Positions 53,615-64,000 of a stretch of 64,000 bases of DNA are shown here, one piece after another (position 1 is the first letter of the stretch; each line of letters starts with the position of its first letter). Source of the stretch: Paecilomyces variotii (Eukaryota). The stretch lies in assembly GCA_004022145.1 (NCBI GenBank), contig RCNU01000012.1; one strand, 5' to 3'. The notes under the pieces were generated by a model, which ran no database searches, was not told where the DNA came from, and saw nothing but the letters and a program-made list of their open reading frames with translations. A program made the position numbers and the translations under genes.

Positions 53615-55306
53615 TGCGCATGGAGGGGCCAGGGATACAACTCAGTCTGGGGTAATCTCCAGGCAACTCGTTGTATAAGGTACGGTAGACCAAAGAACCC
53701 TCCGCATCGCTGAGATGAGAGAACAGGGTCCAAAACAAAGGTCACAAATGCTTCTGCATTAAAGTCAGGAATACGGAGTTGAGGTCTGCTCTTGACGTCG
53801 AAGAAATCATCTACGTACTGGTTGCCCGGCTGTACCAGCACAGCCCCCACGGGACACTCTTCGGGCGCCCTGATCCCTAGTGTCACGTGATCTAGGCGAG
53901 CCTATGGTTCACCTAGCTCCTAGATCCAATCAAGCAAGCTTTCTCCCGCTTCCTTACTACCCTACATAAGTACGAGAAATCACGTGTTATAGGTCAGGAT
54001 ATCATAACTCCTGCTGAGCTTTTTACCACTTCCTTTAGGTCATGGTTTTTCAGCAGTCAAGGCTCAACTTATTCCCAATATATTCTAATCAGTCATCAAG
54101 TAACGGCATGTGGTTCTCGGGCTCCTTTCCATTTTCCTATTGTGAATGTACTATTTGCCCAAGCTCAATCCATAGGTAAGTAGTCTTCATTTCGAACGCA
54201 ACTGGCCAATATAATCGGCAGAGTTTCAGTGGTGAAGTTTTCAGTCTTTATCGATATCGATTATATCTTCGTCGAGCCTAGCGGACAGCATCTTGTTAAC
54301 CCGGATAGTTGAACAGAATTCTCTGATCCGGATTTATAACCCACTGAGACAGTTACTTTGGTCCACAGAGCACCGGTCACGGGCTTATAGCTCCACGTTT
54401 GTGCCAGCAAAATACCAGCTGCTTCCTCTGCCCCTGGACTACTGTTACCGGCATCTGCTGATCTGGCTTAAATCACGTGCTACGAATACACTGCTGTCTT
54501 TGTATTTTCCAGGTTCTGCTACCTTAGTTGCCTCGGACGATACGAGATCCCTTCTCGTTGTGCTGGATAAAGTAAGCTACTTTCATTCCGGCATAGATAA
54601 AGAGCTTTCTGCCGAGTTGACAGAAGCTGGGCACAACTCTCTTTGAAATTATTCTCCATGTTTTGACAACATCGTTGCTCTAGTTCTGCAAGTTGCGGTA
54701 AACAAGGCAGCCGCCAACCGGGATACTGCGAAAAACAGGCATCCTTGCTTGAGCAAATGACTCGCGGATATTTTCCCTTCTCTTAAGGTCTTTCTGACCT
54801 GGCGAGAGTACTGGCGGATGGCTTTTTGATGGGTGAGGTCCAAGACTGCGCAACATTTCTTCCAGGGGCTTTTGCTGACTGCCTTTGGGGGCTGACCCCG
54901 ACAATTTTAGACAGCAAATCCGGAGTGCATCTGTTAAGTGAGTGTGTATCATATGCCTGTCGGGAAAGATGAACAAGTTTTAGCTCTATCTCAAGGCCAC
55001 CAATATCTCGAATCCGAACGTGCTTAGGCCTTCGCTAGCCCACGAGATTCGGAGGCAGTGACCCAAGCACTTGAGACCAATAATGATAAGGACCAACATC
55101 TCAGCTCATGTTATGGATGGCCTGAAAAAGGGCAATAATGCTCACATGTTACATCGCCCCGAAATACTTCGGCACGTCCAGGGGGCGGGGGCGGGTTTAT
55201 TCTTACATATGATGCAATCTTCATAATCTGTTGCATCTCGGAAAAGAGGGCAATCGAGTCATATCGTGTATGTTTATATGCCTCTGTCAAGGTTAGGAGA
55301 AAAGGG

Positions 55307-55314
55307 TATAAATA
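55307..55314 (+). promoter_or_regulatory. TATA box of the secreted-protein gene
   Basis: TATAAATA about 120 bp upstream of ATG 55426. Confidence 0.5.
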
Positions 55315-55425
55315 GGCTTACCTCTCCGTTGTCAAAAGTCAAACTAAGGGGCAGAAACTGTACGCTTCTCCTCAGCTCTCTACTTATTTTGATATCTTTT
55401 TATCATCCGTGAGGATTTTCTCGCA

Positions 55426-56562
55426 ATGCCCAGATTTCAGACTTACTTCTTCTGCTTGTCTCTGACCGTTCTGGTCTTCTCCCCACTGGCAATAGCCGTA
55501 GTGGACAAATGGACTCCAGCCGGGTTCAACTGGTCCGCCGTCGACCCCGGTCCCAAGGAGAGCTGGAATGGTCTGTATCAGAATCTCAGCGACCCGTCTG
55601 TGGCTGTCAGTAAAGAAGTCATGGCCTTGGGGCATGTGCGCACGGCATCTGATGGCTCAACGGCGTTGGCTATTCCTTTCTTTCTCGGCCTCGCTTGGCA
55701 GGCGTTCAACCTTGTCCTCACCGGTGCTGGGCTGGCCGGGGCAATCGTATCCTGTCAACAGAGCGAAGGTTCACCTGAAAACATCTTTTTTTGTGTCACA
55801 GGCTTATTGAGCACGCTCGTTGGCATCGGCGGCGCGGCTTCAGCGGCCAAGACCTATGCCCAATCCCGCGGTTACTTGGGCGTCGCGGCGAATGCGTGGT
55901 CAAACTCGGGTCTCGAAAGCATTGCACTGGATGTTTTCAGCAAGCGCGATCTTCTCACTCCTGAATTGAAGATCGCGCAGCATGCCCATAACCATTTTGT
56001 CCATACCGCCATCCGTAGTCTGGCCGTGGATGGCAGCGTGGAATTTGTGGGATACGCCGAGGACACTCATCGGCTGGCGCGCCGTACGTCGAGCGAACAC
56101 CCGTTCGCCCCCATGTTTCGCTTCAATCACACCAAGCACGGTGCGATAGAGGTCACCTCGCGCGATCTGGGGGAGGCCAATGGGGGCATGCACTTCACTG
56201 TCTCCTATGCAGGTCATCCGGCGCATCATGCCGCTAGCACAAAGCGCGACGAGTATTTCCAGCACGAACGGCTCAACACCGATCTCTTCGAGGGACGCTT
56301 CGACTCTGGAGCATCTAACGCTGACCCAGCAACCATTTCCTTTGATGCAGCTGGTGCCTTCGACCAGATCGAGTCATCCGTGGAGTGCTACACGGACGGC
56401 AGTTGGCCGGATGGGAACGTATTGTCTGTGCAGATGTATGATCAGGCCAACCAAGCGACTTTTGGGTTTGCCTCAATTGGTATCTTCGCAGATAATAGCG
56501 TCGATTCCGGCCTTGAAGGATTTGAACCTTCAGGTATGCCGCTGGCTTCGCCGTCGTGTTAA
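55426..56562 (+). CDS. Secreted Kex2-processed protein with killer-preprotoxin-like organisation; function unassigned
   Basis: Intronless 378 aa; signal peptide (about 1-24); two hydrophobic segments around C110/C123; dibasic sites KR173-174, RR219-220, KR273-274; acidic C-terminal domain with C321 and terminal C378. The CDS is well supported; the toxin call is inference. Confidence 0.8.
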   Translation: MPRFQTYFFCLSLTVLVFSPLAIAVVDKWTPAGFNWSAVDPGPKESWNGLYQNLSDPSVAVSKEVMALGHVRTASDGSTALAIPFFLGLAWQAFNLVLTGAGLAGAIVSCQQSEGSPENIFFCVTGLLSTLVGIGGAASAAKTYAQSRGYLGVAANAWSNSGLESIALDVFSKRDLLTPELKIAQHAHNHFVHTAIRSLAVDGSVEFVGYAEDTHRLARRTSSEHPFAPMFRFNHTKHGAIEVTSRDLGEANGGMHFTVSYAGHPAHHAASTKRDEYFQHERLNTDLFEGRFDSGASNADPATISFDAAGAFDQIESSVECYTDGSWPDGNVLSVQMYDQANQATFGFASIGIFADNSVDSGLEGFEPSGMPLASPSC

Positions 56563-57228
56563 ACCTTTTCTCCACTTTCTGTTTGGCGATTGGTTCCACA
56601 TGGCCTGAGAAACGAAGGATAGGCGAGAAGGATTTTTGCTGTCGGTAGAAGAAGAGAGATGAGGGGAAAGAAGCTGAAAGAGGGGTTTGGCAAGGGTTAT
56701 AGTTGTGTTAAAGCCAAGTGGAATACGCACTTTTGAGAGAATCCGACGATCTTCACCTGGTCATTAACTGATCTACTGAATTAATGCCAGAAATGCTCGA
56801 GATGTAGTAAAGATAGGGTGCTAAAGGTAGTTTATGTAGTCTTCAACATATTGATGCAGAGTTCTATTGGCTTGTTAACGACTTGACTATAATCTGACTC
56901 ATAACATGGATCAACGCCAATGGGGGCCAGATGTGGGAATTACCCGAATCCGGGGCACAGTATAGAGTATGTCGGACGTACAAAGTAGACTTAGTGTTAT
57001 CCCCTAAATCATTATCATCAGAGTTCTTTGTCCTATTATCACAAGGCAGTTGTATTCAGCTCGCACATCATACATAAGTTAGGTCATGAGGTGCACTCAG
57101 CCTCACCAGCTTCCAACTGTCTTCTGCAACTTATACTTATTCTATCTAATTCACCTTCTTCTTCAGGCTCAGCCGCACTTGATGAATGGCCAAACTAGCA
57201 AATTCTACTATTATACTCCCAAATCACC

Positions 57229-57570
57229 ATGCCACAAACATACTACCGCCGACTTATTCCGTTGCGATTATTCTTCGCTGTCGTCTTTATACTGACCGTA
57301 CTCTACATAATTGCATTCTTTGTTTGGGACAGATCAAAGCCCTATGCCTGGATAATTCTCGGCATTGATATCTTCATCTGCCTAGTCGGTTGTCTGCTGG
57401 ATCCTCAGACAGCAATCACATCGGTTGGCACACTGGATGATGGCACTAGAGTCCGCATAAGGCGGCCTCTCATCGGATTTCGACACTTGGAGAGTCGCGT
57501 AGGTCTCACCGGCGGGTATGAAGTGAGACCGGATGGATGGCGGCATGAAGAAGCTCTGATTCGTATTTGA
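57229..57570 (+). CDS. Small hypothetical membrane protein (113 aa, two predicted TM helices)
   Basis: ATG in CACCATG context; hydrophobic LFFAVVFILTVLYIIAFFVW and YAWIILGIDIFICLVGCLL, then a charged tail (RVRIRRPLIGF..DGWRHEEALIRI). Confidence 0.6.
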   Translation: MPQTYYRRLIPLRLFFAVVFILTVLYIIAFFVWDRSKPYAWIILGIDIFICLVGCLLDPQTAITSVGTLDDGTRVRIRRPLIGFRHLESRVGLTGGYEVRPDGWRHEEALIRI

Positions 57571-58920
57571 GAACAGGACGGAGGTTTTTCCATCTGTGTA
57601 TAGGTGAGATATCTCCCATCCCTGTTTGATTAGGTACGCAGTAGAATAATTATCGTCTCTTTGTTCAGTCACAGAAATATCTCTGAGATTAAATGCAATT
57701 AAGGAAATTCCAATGATCCGGGGCTTATCAGCATACAAATCCTCGAATGTAACCCAAGTCTTCGAATAATATCAAGGAAAGGATCGCAATAGCAAAAAAA
57801 GGTAAACAGCATTGTCAGTGTGGGCGAGTGTCCAAGGCGTGTCACTCAAATATTTCGACATGACACTTCTTTCGAGAGCAGAGTCGAATCCTCTCGCTGG
57901 CGTTATTTCTTTTTCTTTTTCTTTTTTTAACTGCGGTGCAATCACTGGAATGAACTAGGCCTACTTTTGCTGTAGAGTAAATTAGCTTTAAAGCACATCC
58001 AGTGACATTCCATATGCTATCTCCATCAGGGTTTCAGACTAGCTTTTCCCTTCCCCTTCCCCAAATCAATAGTTGATGACCGCTACAACAAGAAATCGCC
58101 TTGCTCTAAATCATGCATTCTTCGTAAGAAGGGGGGTTGAGATGTCACGATTCTTCCTATGGAAACATCTTCATTTCTTCTTTTGATGTTAATTCGACAC
58201 TCTGGTCTGGGAGTTGATCTGAGATAGGTCATGATTATTACGCCTTGAATCCAAGCGAGGTTGTGTTGTCGCCAGTCAAGATGTCCTATAGTTTCCAGGA
58301 CTGAACATGCGTGTACTCGGGAATTGGACATGTTCTAATACCTAGATTTATTACTGAGTATACCGATTGATGGCAAGAGAAGAGTGCCCTCCACCAATGG
58401 TTTGTTGGATCCCATGTACTAGTATGATTCTTTCAAGGCAGGGAGCCAGAGACAGTCCCAGCTCAACAATACATGTACCAGGCAGTCGGTTTTCTGTGAG
58501 CCCTGTACTATGGACAGGAGGGTATGCTGCATCTCTTTGTCTTATGATTTCATTTTTGGCTAATCGGCCATCTAATATGTAGCGATCAGATTGCTTCCCC
58601 GAGATGATCCACTGCCAGCGATGTTATAAAATATACAATACGCTGAAGATGGCAAGACCAGACTTCTCTCTGGTACTTTATAAATAAACCACCCAAAATC
58701 CCAAAGACCTCCTAACTATAAGCTCCATACCCAAAGTCTATAAGATGCTTGCTGATAGCATCGGGCTCAATTAATTCGAAACGCCGTACAGTCGGGCGAA
58801 ATATACATGCAAATCTAAAGATCATTTACACGACACGGAGACTGGGATTGCTGACCAAATGTGGGTGTGATGATTTGCGTAGCGGAAATTGGACCGCTCG
58901 ATCTGAGTTAGAAGCGCGGG

Positions 58921-61055
58921 TTAAGCGCTGGGCGATGGGCGCTTGAACGGGTGCGCTTCCGTATTACTATTTAGGAAAAATTGAACGGTTAGTCTAAGAT
59001 CTGTCTCCGTACCTGGTGGCATCGTTGTTGTTGGGTGGGGGATCCATAGGCCGCGCGGAAGCCTACGCGTCTTCGGGGCCAAGGACTATATAATAGTAAG
59101 ACCACGAGTCGGGAGATCAACTTACAGGACATATTCGTCCAAACTGACAACGTCTGGCTCGGAGAAAACGAGGTAGAAATACTTCAGCGTCTCTGCAAGC
59201 CAGAAGCTCTCCATCTTATCCGACTTCCCGGTCTGGCGGGAACGGACATCAGTGATGCCAGCATTCGCGATGTCCGTCTTGGAGAGGTTGTCGATGCTCT
59301 GGAACATCCGCCATGCAGCGTCTTGATATTTCTTGTCGCCAGTGATCCGGTACATAATGAAGACAGACTCGATTGCCTCCGGCCTACGTCACTTTATTAG
59401 CTTGTGGACTCCAAGGGGAAAAGAGCCTCCCATGGGTGTTCTGACGGGGGCCTGCACAGCTACATGAGACTTACCTCAAGATGTATCGACTATCTTTGAC
59501 TTCCGTGATTCCAGGCTGGAGGCCGTGTTCCTCAATCAGCTTCTTGGCTTCCACTGCAGCTTCCTCGTCCGACTCGGTGCCGCCGAAACTGAAGTGCCGG
59601 CGGATGTCATGGTACCATTTCATTTCGTCCCAATCGCAATCCTCCTTGTGACTGCAGACGGAGGTATAGAAAATTTCAGGCATCACGCCCGTAGGCATCG
59701 AATCATAGGCCCAGATACACCCATCTGTCAATTTCCGTGCCGTGGCAAGCTCCTCAGGGCGATCGAAGATTCGCGCTCCGATACCGACCATGCCACCAAT
59801 GAAGCAAGTGAGATGTTGAGCTTGAGGCTCCAGCCCGATTCTGGTCGAAACGCTAACTTGTGTATTTCCAGCTATGAGAACGTCTTCGCCGTTCTTCGTC
59901 ATGGGACGGTAGAGCAACTTGTTGTTGATCTGGTCCATGGCGGCTTGGTACATATTTTTGTACTGCTGCAAACGGCCTCCTAGGAGTAAATATTCCTTAG
60001 GGAGATATTCATACGTGGAATCAGCCATTCCACCCATGGTGAAGCGGCGATCGGAGAAGTCGAGATGTTGCGCATCTACCATGACAGGCCACAGGCCGGG
60101 AATTCGGGTCGTTTTCTGGTGGTCTTCTAGGACATTCGTGACTCTCTGGACGGCATCAAAGAACTTCGGATCACCGGTGAGTTGCGTAAGACGTGTGAAC
60201 TCCATGCTCAGCGAGCCCAACTCTGCAAGCAACGTGTTGCGGCTAGGCCTGATATCCAAACCTACTGCGGACCTAGAGATTGGTCAACATTATGTCGTCT
60301 CACTTTGCGCGAAGCTTCGCCGTCTCCTCGCCAACTGTGTGCAGTTCTCACCTCATCCAGTCCCAGCGACTCTGCGGCATTCTATTCGGGGTATCGAAGG
60401 CCTTGTACAGCATTTCACCCAGCTGCTGGGCCTTCTGCAATAAGATCGGGTGCTTCCCTCCACTGAGATCGTATGCGCCGAGGAATCCTCCTACATAGCG
60501 AATGGTGGTTTCGAAGACGTTGAGCTGGGTGTCGTGCGTGGTCGTGAAATCGATCTTATCGAGCGCTGCCAGAGCCTGCTCGAAATCGTCGTCCAAACCC
60601 ATAATGATCAGCGAGTCAAGCGTGTCGACTAGCGTCGCCGCCCATCCACTGAAGGTGTTCCTCCAGAGACCTGTTATGGGAACCAGCTCGTCCTTCAACC
60701 AGGCATGCTCCTTGTATCCATTCCAGGCGTGTTGGAACGCCTTCTTTACGGCGGCCTGTCTGTGCTCCCGCTCCTTGCGGTCAGCTGCACTTTCGCGAGG
60801 AAAGTCGTACTGGATCTTGGGGATCGCAGGCGCATTTCCAGTCGGGAGAGGGATGTAGGAGGAGACGGGGTAATTATCCGGGTGGTGTTTCCAGTGGACG
60901 GTCTCCTCTACGACAGGATCGGTTTTGGTGGATTGTGCCTCGACTTTTTCCGTATTGGAAACGTCCGCACCAGGCGGTAGACGATGGAAGAGGATGTAAA
61001 CAAGGAATATCAACACGAATGTGGCTATAACCACATTCTTGCGAACGAACAACAT
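58921..61055 (-). CDS. Class I alpha-1,2-mannosidase, GH47
   Basis: Type II anchor; HAWNGYKEHAW, ATLVDTLDSL, FETTIRYVGG, ADSTYEYL, HLTCFIGG, LRPE, MESFWLAETLKY, NTEAHP; introns 60273-60351, 59384-59474, 58967-59125. Confidence 0.95.
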
Positions 61056-62129
61056 GGCTCAGTGGTACTGCCCTGAAAGAATATATTCTATAAATTCAAT
61101 TCACGAGTAACTGTTTTGAAGTGAGTGAAAGGCTCCAAGAGCATATGGATAAAAGAGTGTATGTGTGAGATTCAATGCAGAATGCCTGGAATACACATCC
61201 GACAGACAAAAAAAAACGCGACGATGGTGGCTGTCTACAGACAGACATGCCACTTTTCAAGAAGACAAAACACAAATAGGGGGGAAATGACAATGATAGT
61301 AGAAGCCAGAATGATAAGCAAAACAGGACGCAATGTCCATTTCTCCAAGCCACCACAGTATTATTCCCCATGGGAGCTGTTGGTGGGAGGAGCGTTGTCT
61401 CAGTATCCCGCGATCAGCGCCCAGACTCTCCACTGTTTGCGCGTGTCACGGCCTGTTCTGGACAGATTCTCCCGTTTCTTGCCTCGCCCGGAGTCCACTC
61501 GCGGCTTGGCGCTGAGGCGGCCAACTCTACGATCGTCTTTTGTTCCGACTCTGGGGAGACGGCAAAACACGAGCACTGGGCAACGCTGGAGATATCGAGG
61601 GTCAATGCGACTGATAGACGGATCTATCTATAAGTAGAGATTGAAGGCATCGACTCACCGCGCAAAGTGGTGTGTTGCTGTTGCTCAACATTCACTCTTG
61701 ACTATATACGTTTCATGATTGCCAGGATTTCAAGCGACCATATCTACACATCTGCTTGATTCGAAGATATACTGTTGCTTGTCTCTATATATATCTGCGG
61801 TTCTATAACTGTTGCCTGGAATATCTGTCATCTTTGGCCAAAGCAGAACGCTATATTGTCACTGTGCCGTGGTTCACTATACCTCTCTACTATTCCCAGT
61901 TGATATGTCATACTTGTCTGCCTACTGTCATACTGCCTAGAGTCATACTTCCTCGTCTTGTCTTTATACCAATTGTTTGAACTCTCTATTGTACATTGAT
62001 CTGAGTTGGTTACGTGCCTTTTCTTTCTGTCAGCGGCCTTTGCTTCCAGGGCCCCTTTGGAACGGTTATACGTCTTATCTTGGCCTTATACTAGAATCAA
62101 CCCCTTAGCTGGGTTAACCCAATATCAAA

Positions 62130-63241
62130 ATGACCATCACAGGGTATGGCTCCTTCCCTGCGTCCATCTTCATACTACGATCATGTTTCTGAGCAATTCA
62201 ACTAACCATCGCTACAGGGTTTTCTTTATCCCCTCAAACCCCAATGCTCCCAGCGCTCTTCCAATACTGACGGAGCGTCTGCGCTCCGTCTTCGCGGAGG
62301 AGCCTATCCCTATAGGCCGCTGGGCCCTGGAACACAAACTGATGCGTGACACGCCTTCCTGTCTACCAGCTTCAGCCCACGCTCCAAACCCCGTTCCGAA
62401 ACCGAAATATATGCAATTTCTCTCCCTCACCCACTACCCGAATCACGGATTCATATATGCTTCCGAAGCAACGGACCTACCTCAGGCATCTGTGGCAGCA
62501 GGCGGAAGTCACAGACAGACTCCTTTGCTGGGGACGATATCTGCTGCAGCTGGGCCGCCACAAGCGCAAGCGCAATCACCGACAGCCGCAGCAGGAGGCG
62601 CTGCGCCGTCGTCCAACGCATCCCAGTCCGGCATGATAATGCGTACTGTCCCTCTCTCTTCCTATGGTCCGCTCTTCCAGCATTTCATGCGCGCCTGCGA
62701 ACCTTTCTGGAACCATCGACACACCGTCACCGTCCCAGCTGGGGTCGTCTACGACATCGGTGATTTTCGCCTCCGCATAGGTGATGTACGGCAGACATTT
62801 CCCCAAGCACGAGCACGGGGCACAGTCGTGGAGGTGGAATGGAAAGGTCCATCACCATTAACCTCCTCCTCCTCCTCATCCCCTGCCAACTTCAACGAAG
62901 ACGGCTCATCCGATTCCGGCATCGACGTCACGACAGAACCGCTCGACGACTCCGAAATCGACGCCGAATATGCTCTTGTCGCGCAGCTCATCCGAGATTT
63001 CTGGTCCCAGCTAGGCATCGAAGGGGCCAGAGAAGCCATTCTCGTTCCTGACGTGGGCAAGGAGATTAAAGAACAGCACCGCAGGCGCAGAGCTGGTGAG
63101 AACTTGAAAAGAAAGAAACCCCGCACCCACGACGACGACGAAGAAGGATGGGGATGGTGGGATATAGAAGAGGATAAGAACCCGGATGCAGGTGTCGATC
63201 TGGCGAGGCAGTATATGGAGATATACAGGTTCAATCGATGA
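62130..63241 (+). CDS. med20: Mediator of RNA polymerase II transcription subunit 20 (Med20/Srb2)
   Basis: Exon MTITG (62130-62143), intron 62144-62217, then VFFIP..GRWALEHKLMRDTPSCLP..MQFLSLTHYP..YDIGDFRLRIGDVRQ..RGTVVEVEW..DLARQYMEIYRFNR, matching Pezizomycotina Med20 as recognised by eye. Confidence 0.8.
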
Positions 63242-64000
63242 CGTGGCTTTGCCTTTTTCTTTCTTTCTTTCTTTTTTTCTTTTTGTTTAGATGGGAACTG
63301 TTGGAAAGTTAAGAACTAAAGTACCATGTGGGACATTTCCTATATATACGGCTGTATTATTGTTGTTGTGTGAAGCGTTGTATGTATGTTGCATTTGCAT
63401 AGCGAATTGTTGGTGTTTGCAGATTTAGAGAAGAAAAAAAGGACATAATATTTGCCTTCTCTGTGTACTTCCTGACCCTTTCTTCAGATAAGTGCGTAAC
63501 AGCAGTGATACATTTTGGAGACCGCACGGATAAGCAAGAGTTCAACAGATGTTCTATCGATCGTTATCTATAAGATAAACCGTCAAAGCAGATCTCAGGA
63601 ACAAATAATATCATTTGATTGCCCAGAATTTGCAAGTCATCTTTGGGTCATATCCATCATCTCCAACCGCGTCTGGCTACGAACAAGATCCAATGGGGCC
63701 CGATGGGAAACTGAGGAAAGATCACTGGGATAGGTTGAGAATTCGATAGACTTGGAACAACAGTATATGATCGGCCACTCAAGCGGGATTGACGAGGGTT
63801 CGTGCACAGGCAAGGAAAATAATTAAAGGGACCTTCTCTACTTCGCTACCGGCATCTCATAACACCCTCAACTGGCGGCCCACACACCGTCCATTTCCAC
63901 TCTTTTCTCCCTCGCGAGACAAAACAGGAGCGATATACAAACCACGCTTGCACCATGAATCAACGGCTATGTAGCTCTGAAACGAAAACCCGGGTCCGGC

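Noticed and set aside
54293..54976. Short ORFs between the P450 and the secreted-protein gene
   Set aside because: Non-ATG or weak starts and no recognisable motifs.
58967..59125. Relatively long last GH47 intron as a snoRNA host
   Set aside because: No convincing C/D box pair or H/ACA structure recognised by eye.
62006..62217. ORF-track N-terminal extension of Med20
   Set aside because: Reads through the 5' UTR and the intron; the spliced model from ATG 62130 gives the expected MTITGVFFIP start.

Overview
Eukaryotic, intron-containing DNA from a filamentous ascomycete. Gene content (amyR, prtT) points to Eurotiales; the species cannot be fixed from sequence alone. About 16 protein-coding genes are supported, in order: 3' end of a P4-type phospholipid flippase; a NACHT-ankyrin NLR-like gene; a GT31/Fringe-like glycosyltransferase; a starch-utilisation cluster (amyR, agdA GH31, glucoamylase GH15-CBM20, alpha-amylase GH13) followed by the protease regulator prtT; an intronless iron-type dehydrogenase; a TALE/KN homeobox gene in a large gene-poor region; an FMN-domain-less FAD/NADPH reductase; a cytochrome P450; a secreted Kex2-site protein with killer-preprotoxin-like layout; a small 2-TM protein; a GH47 mannosidase; and Mediator Med20. 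Most intriguing: (1) the reductase carries a CCGGGCC motif in place of the flavodoxin domain and has five perfect GATCWGATAA (SreA-type iron-response) sites upstream; (2) the killer-toxin-like precursor and its small membrane-protein neighbour may form a toxin/immunity module; (3) the P450 has a non-canonical I-helix (ASVEKS); (4) the amyR-agdA promoter holds outward-facing pogo-like TIRs and an SNF2-helicase relic. Gene models and family calls were made by eye, with no database searches. No rRNA, tRNA or CRISPR was seen.
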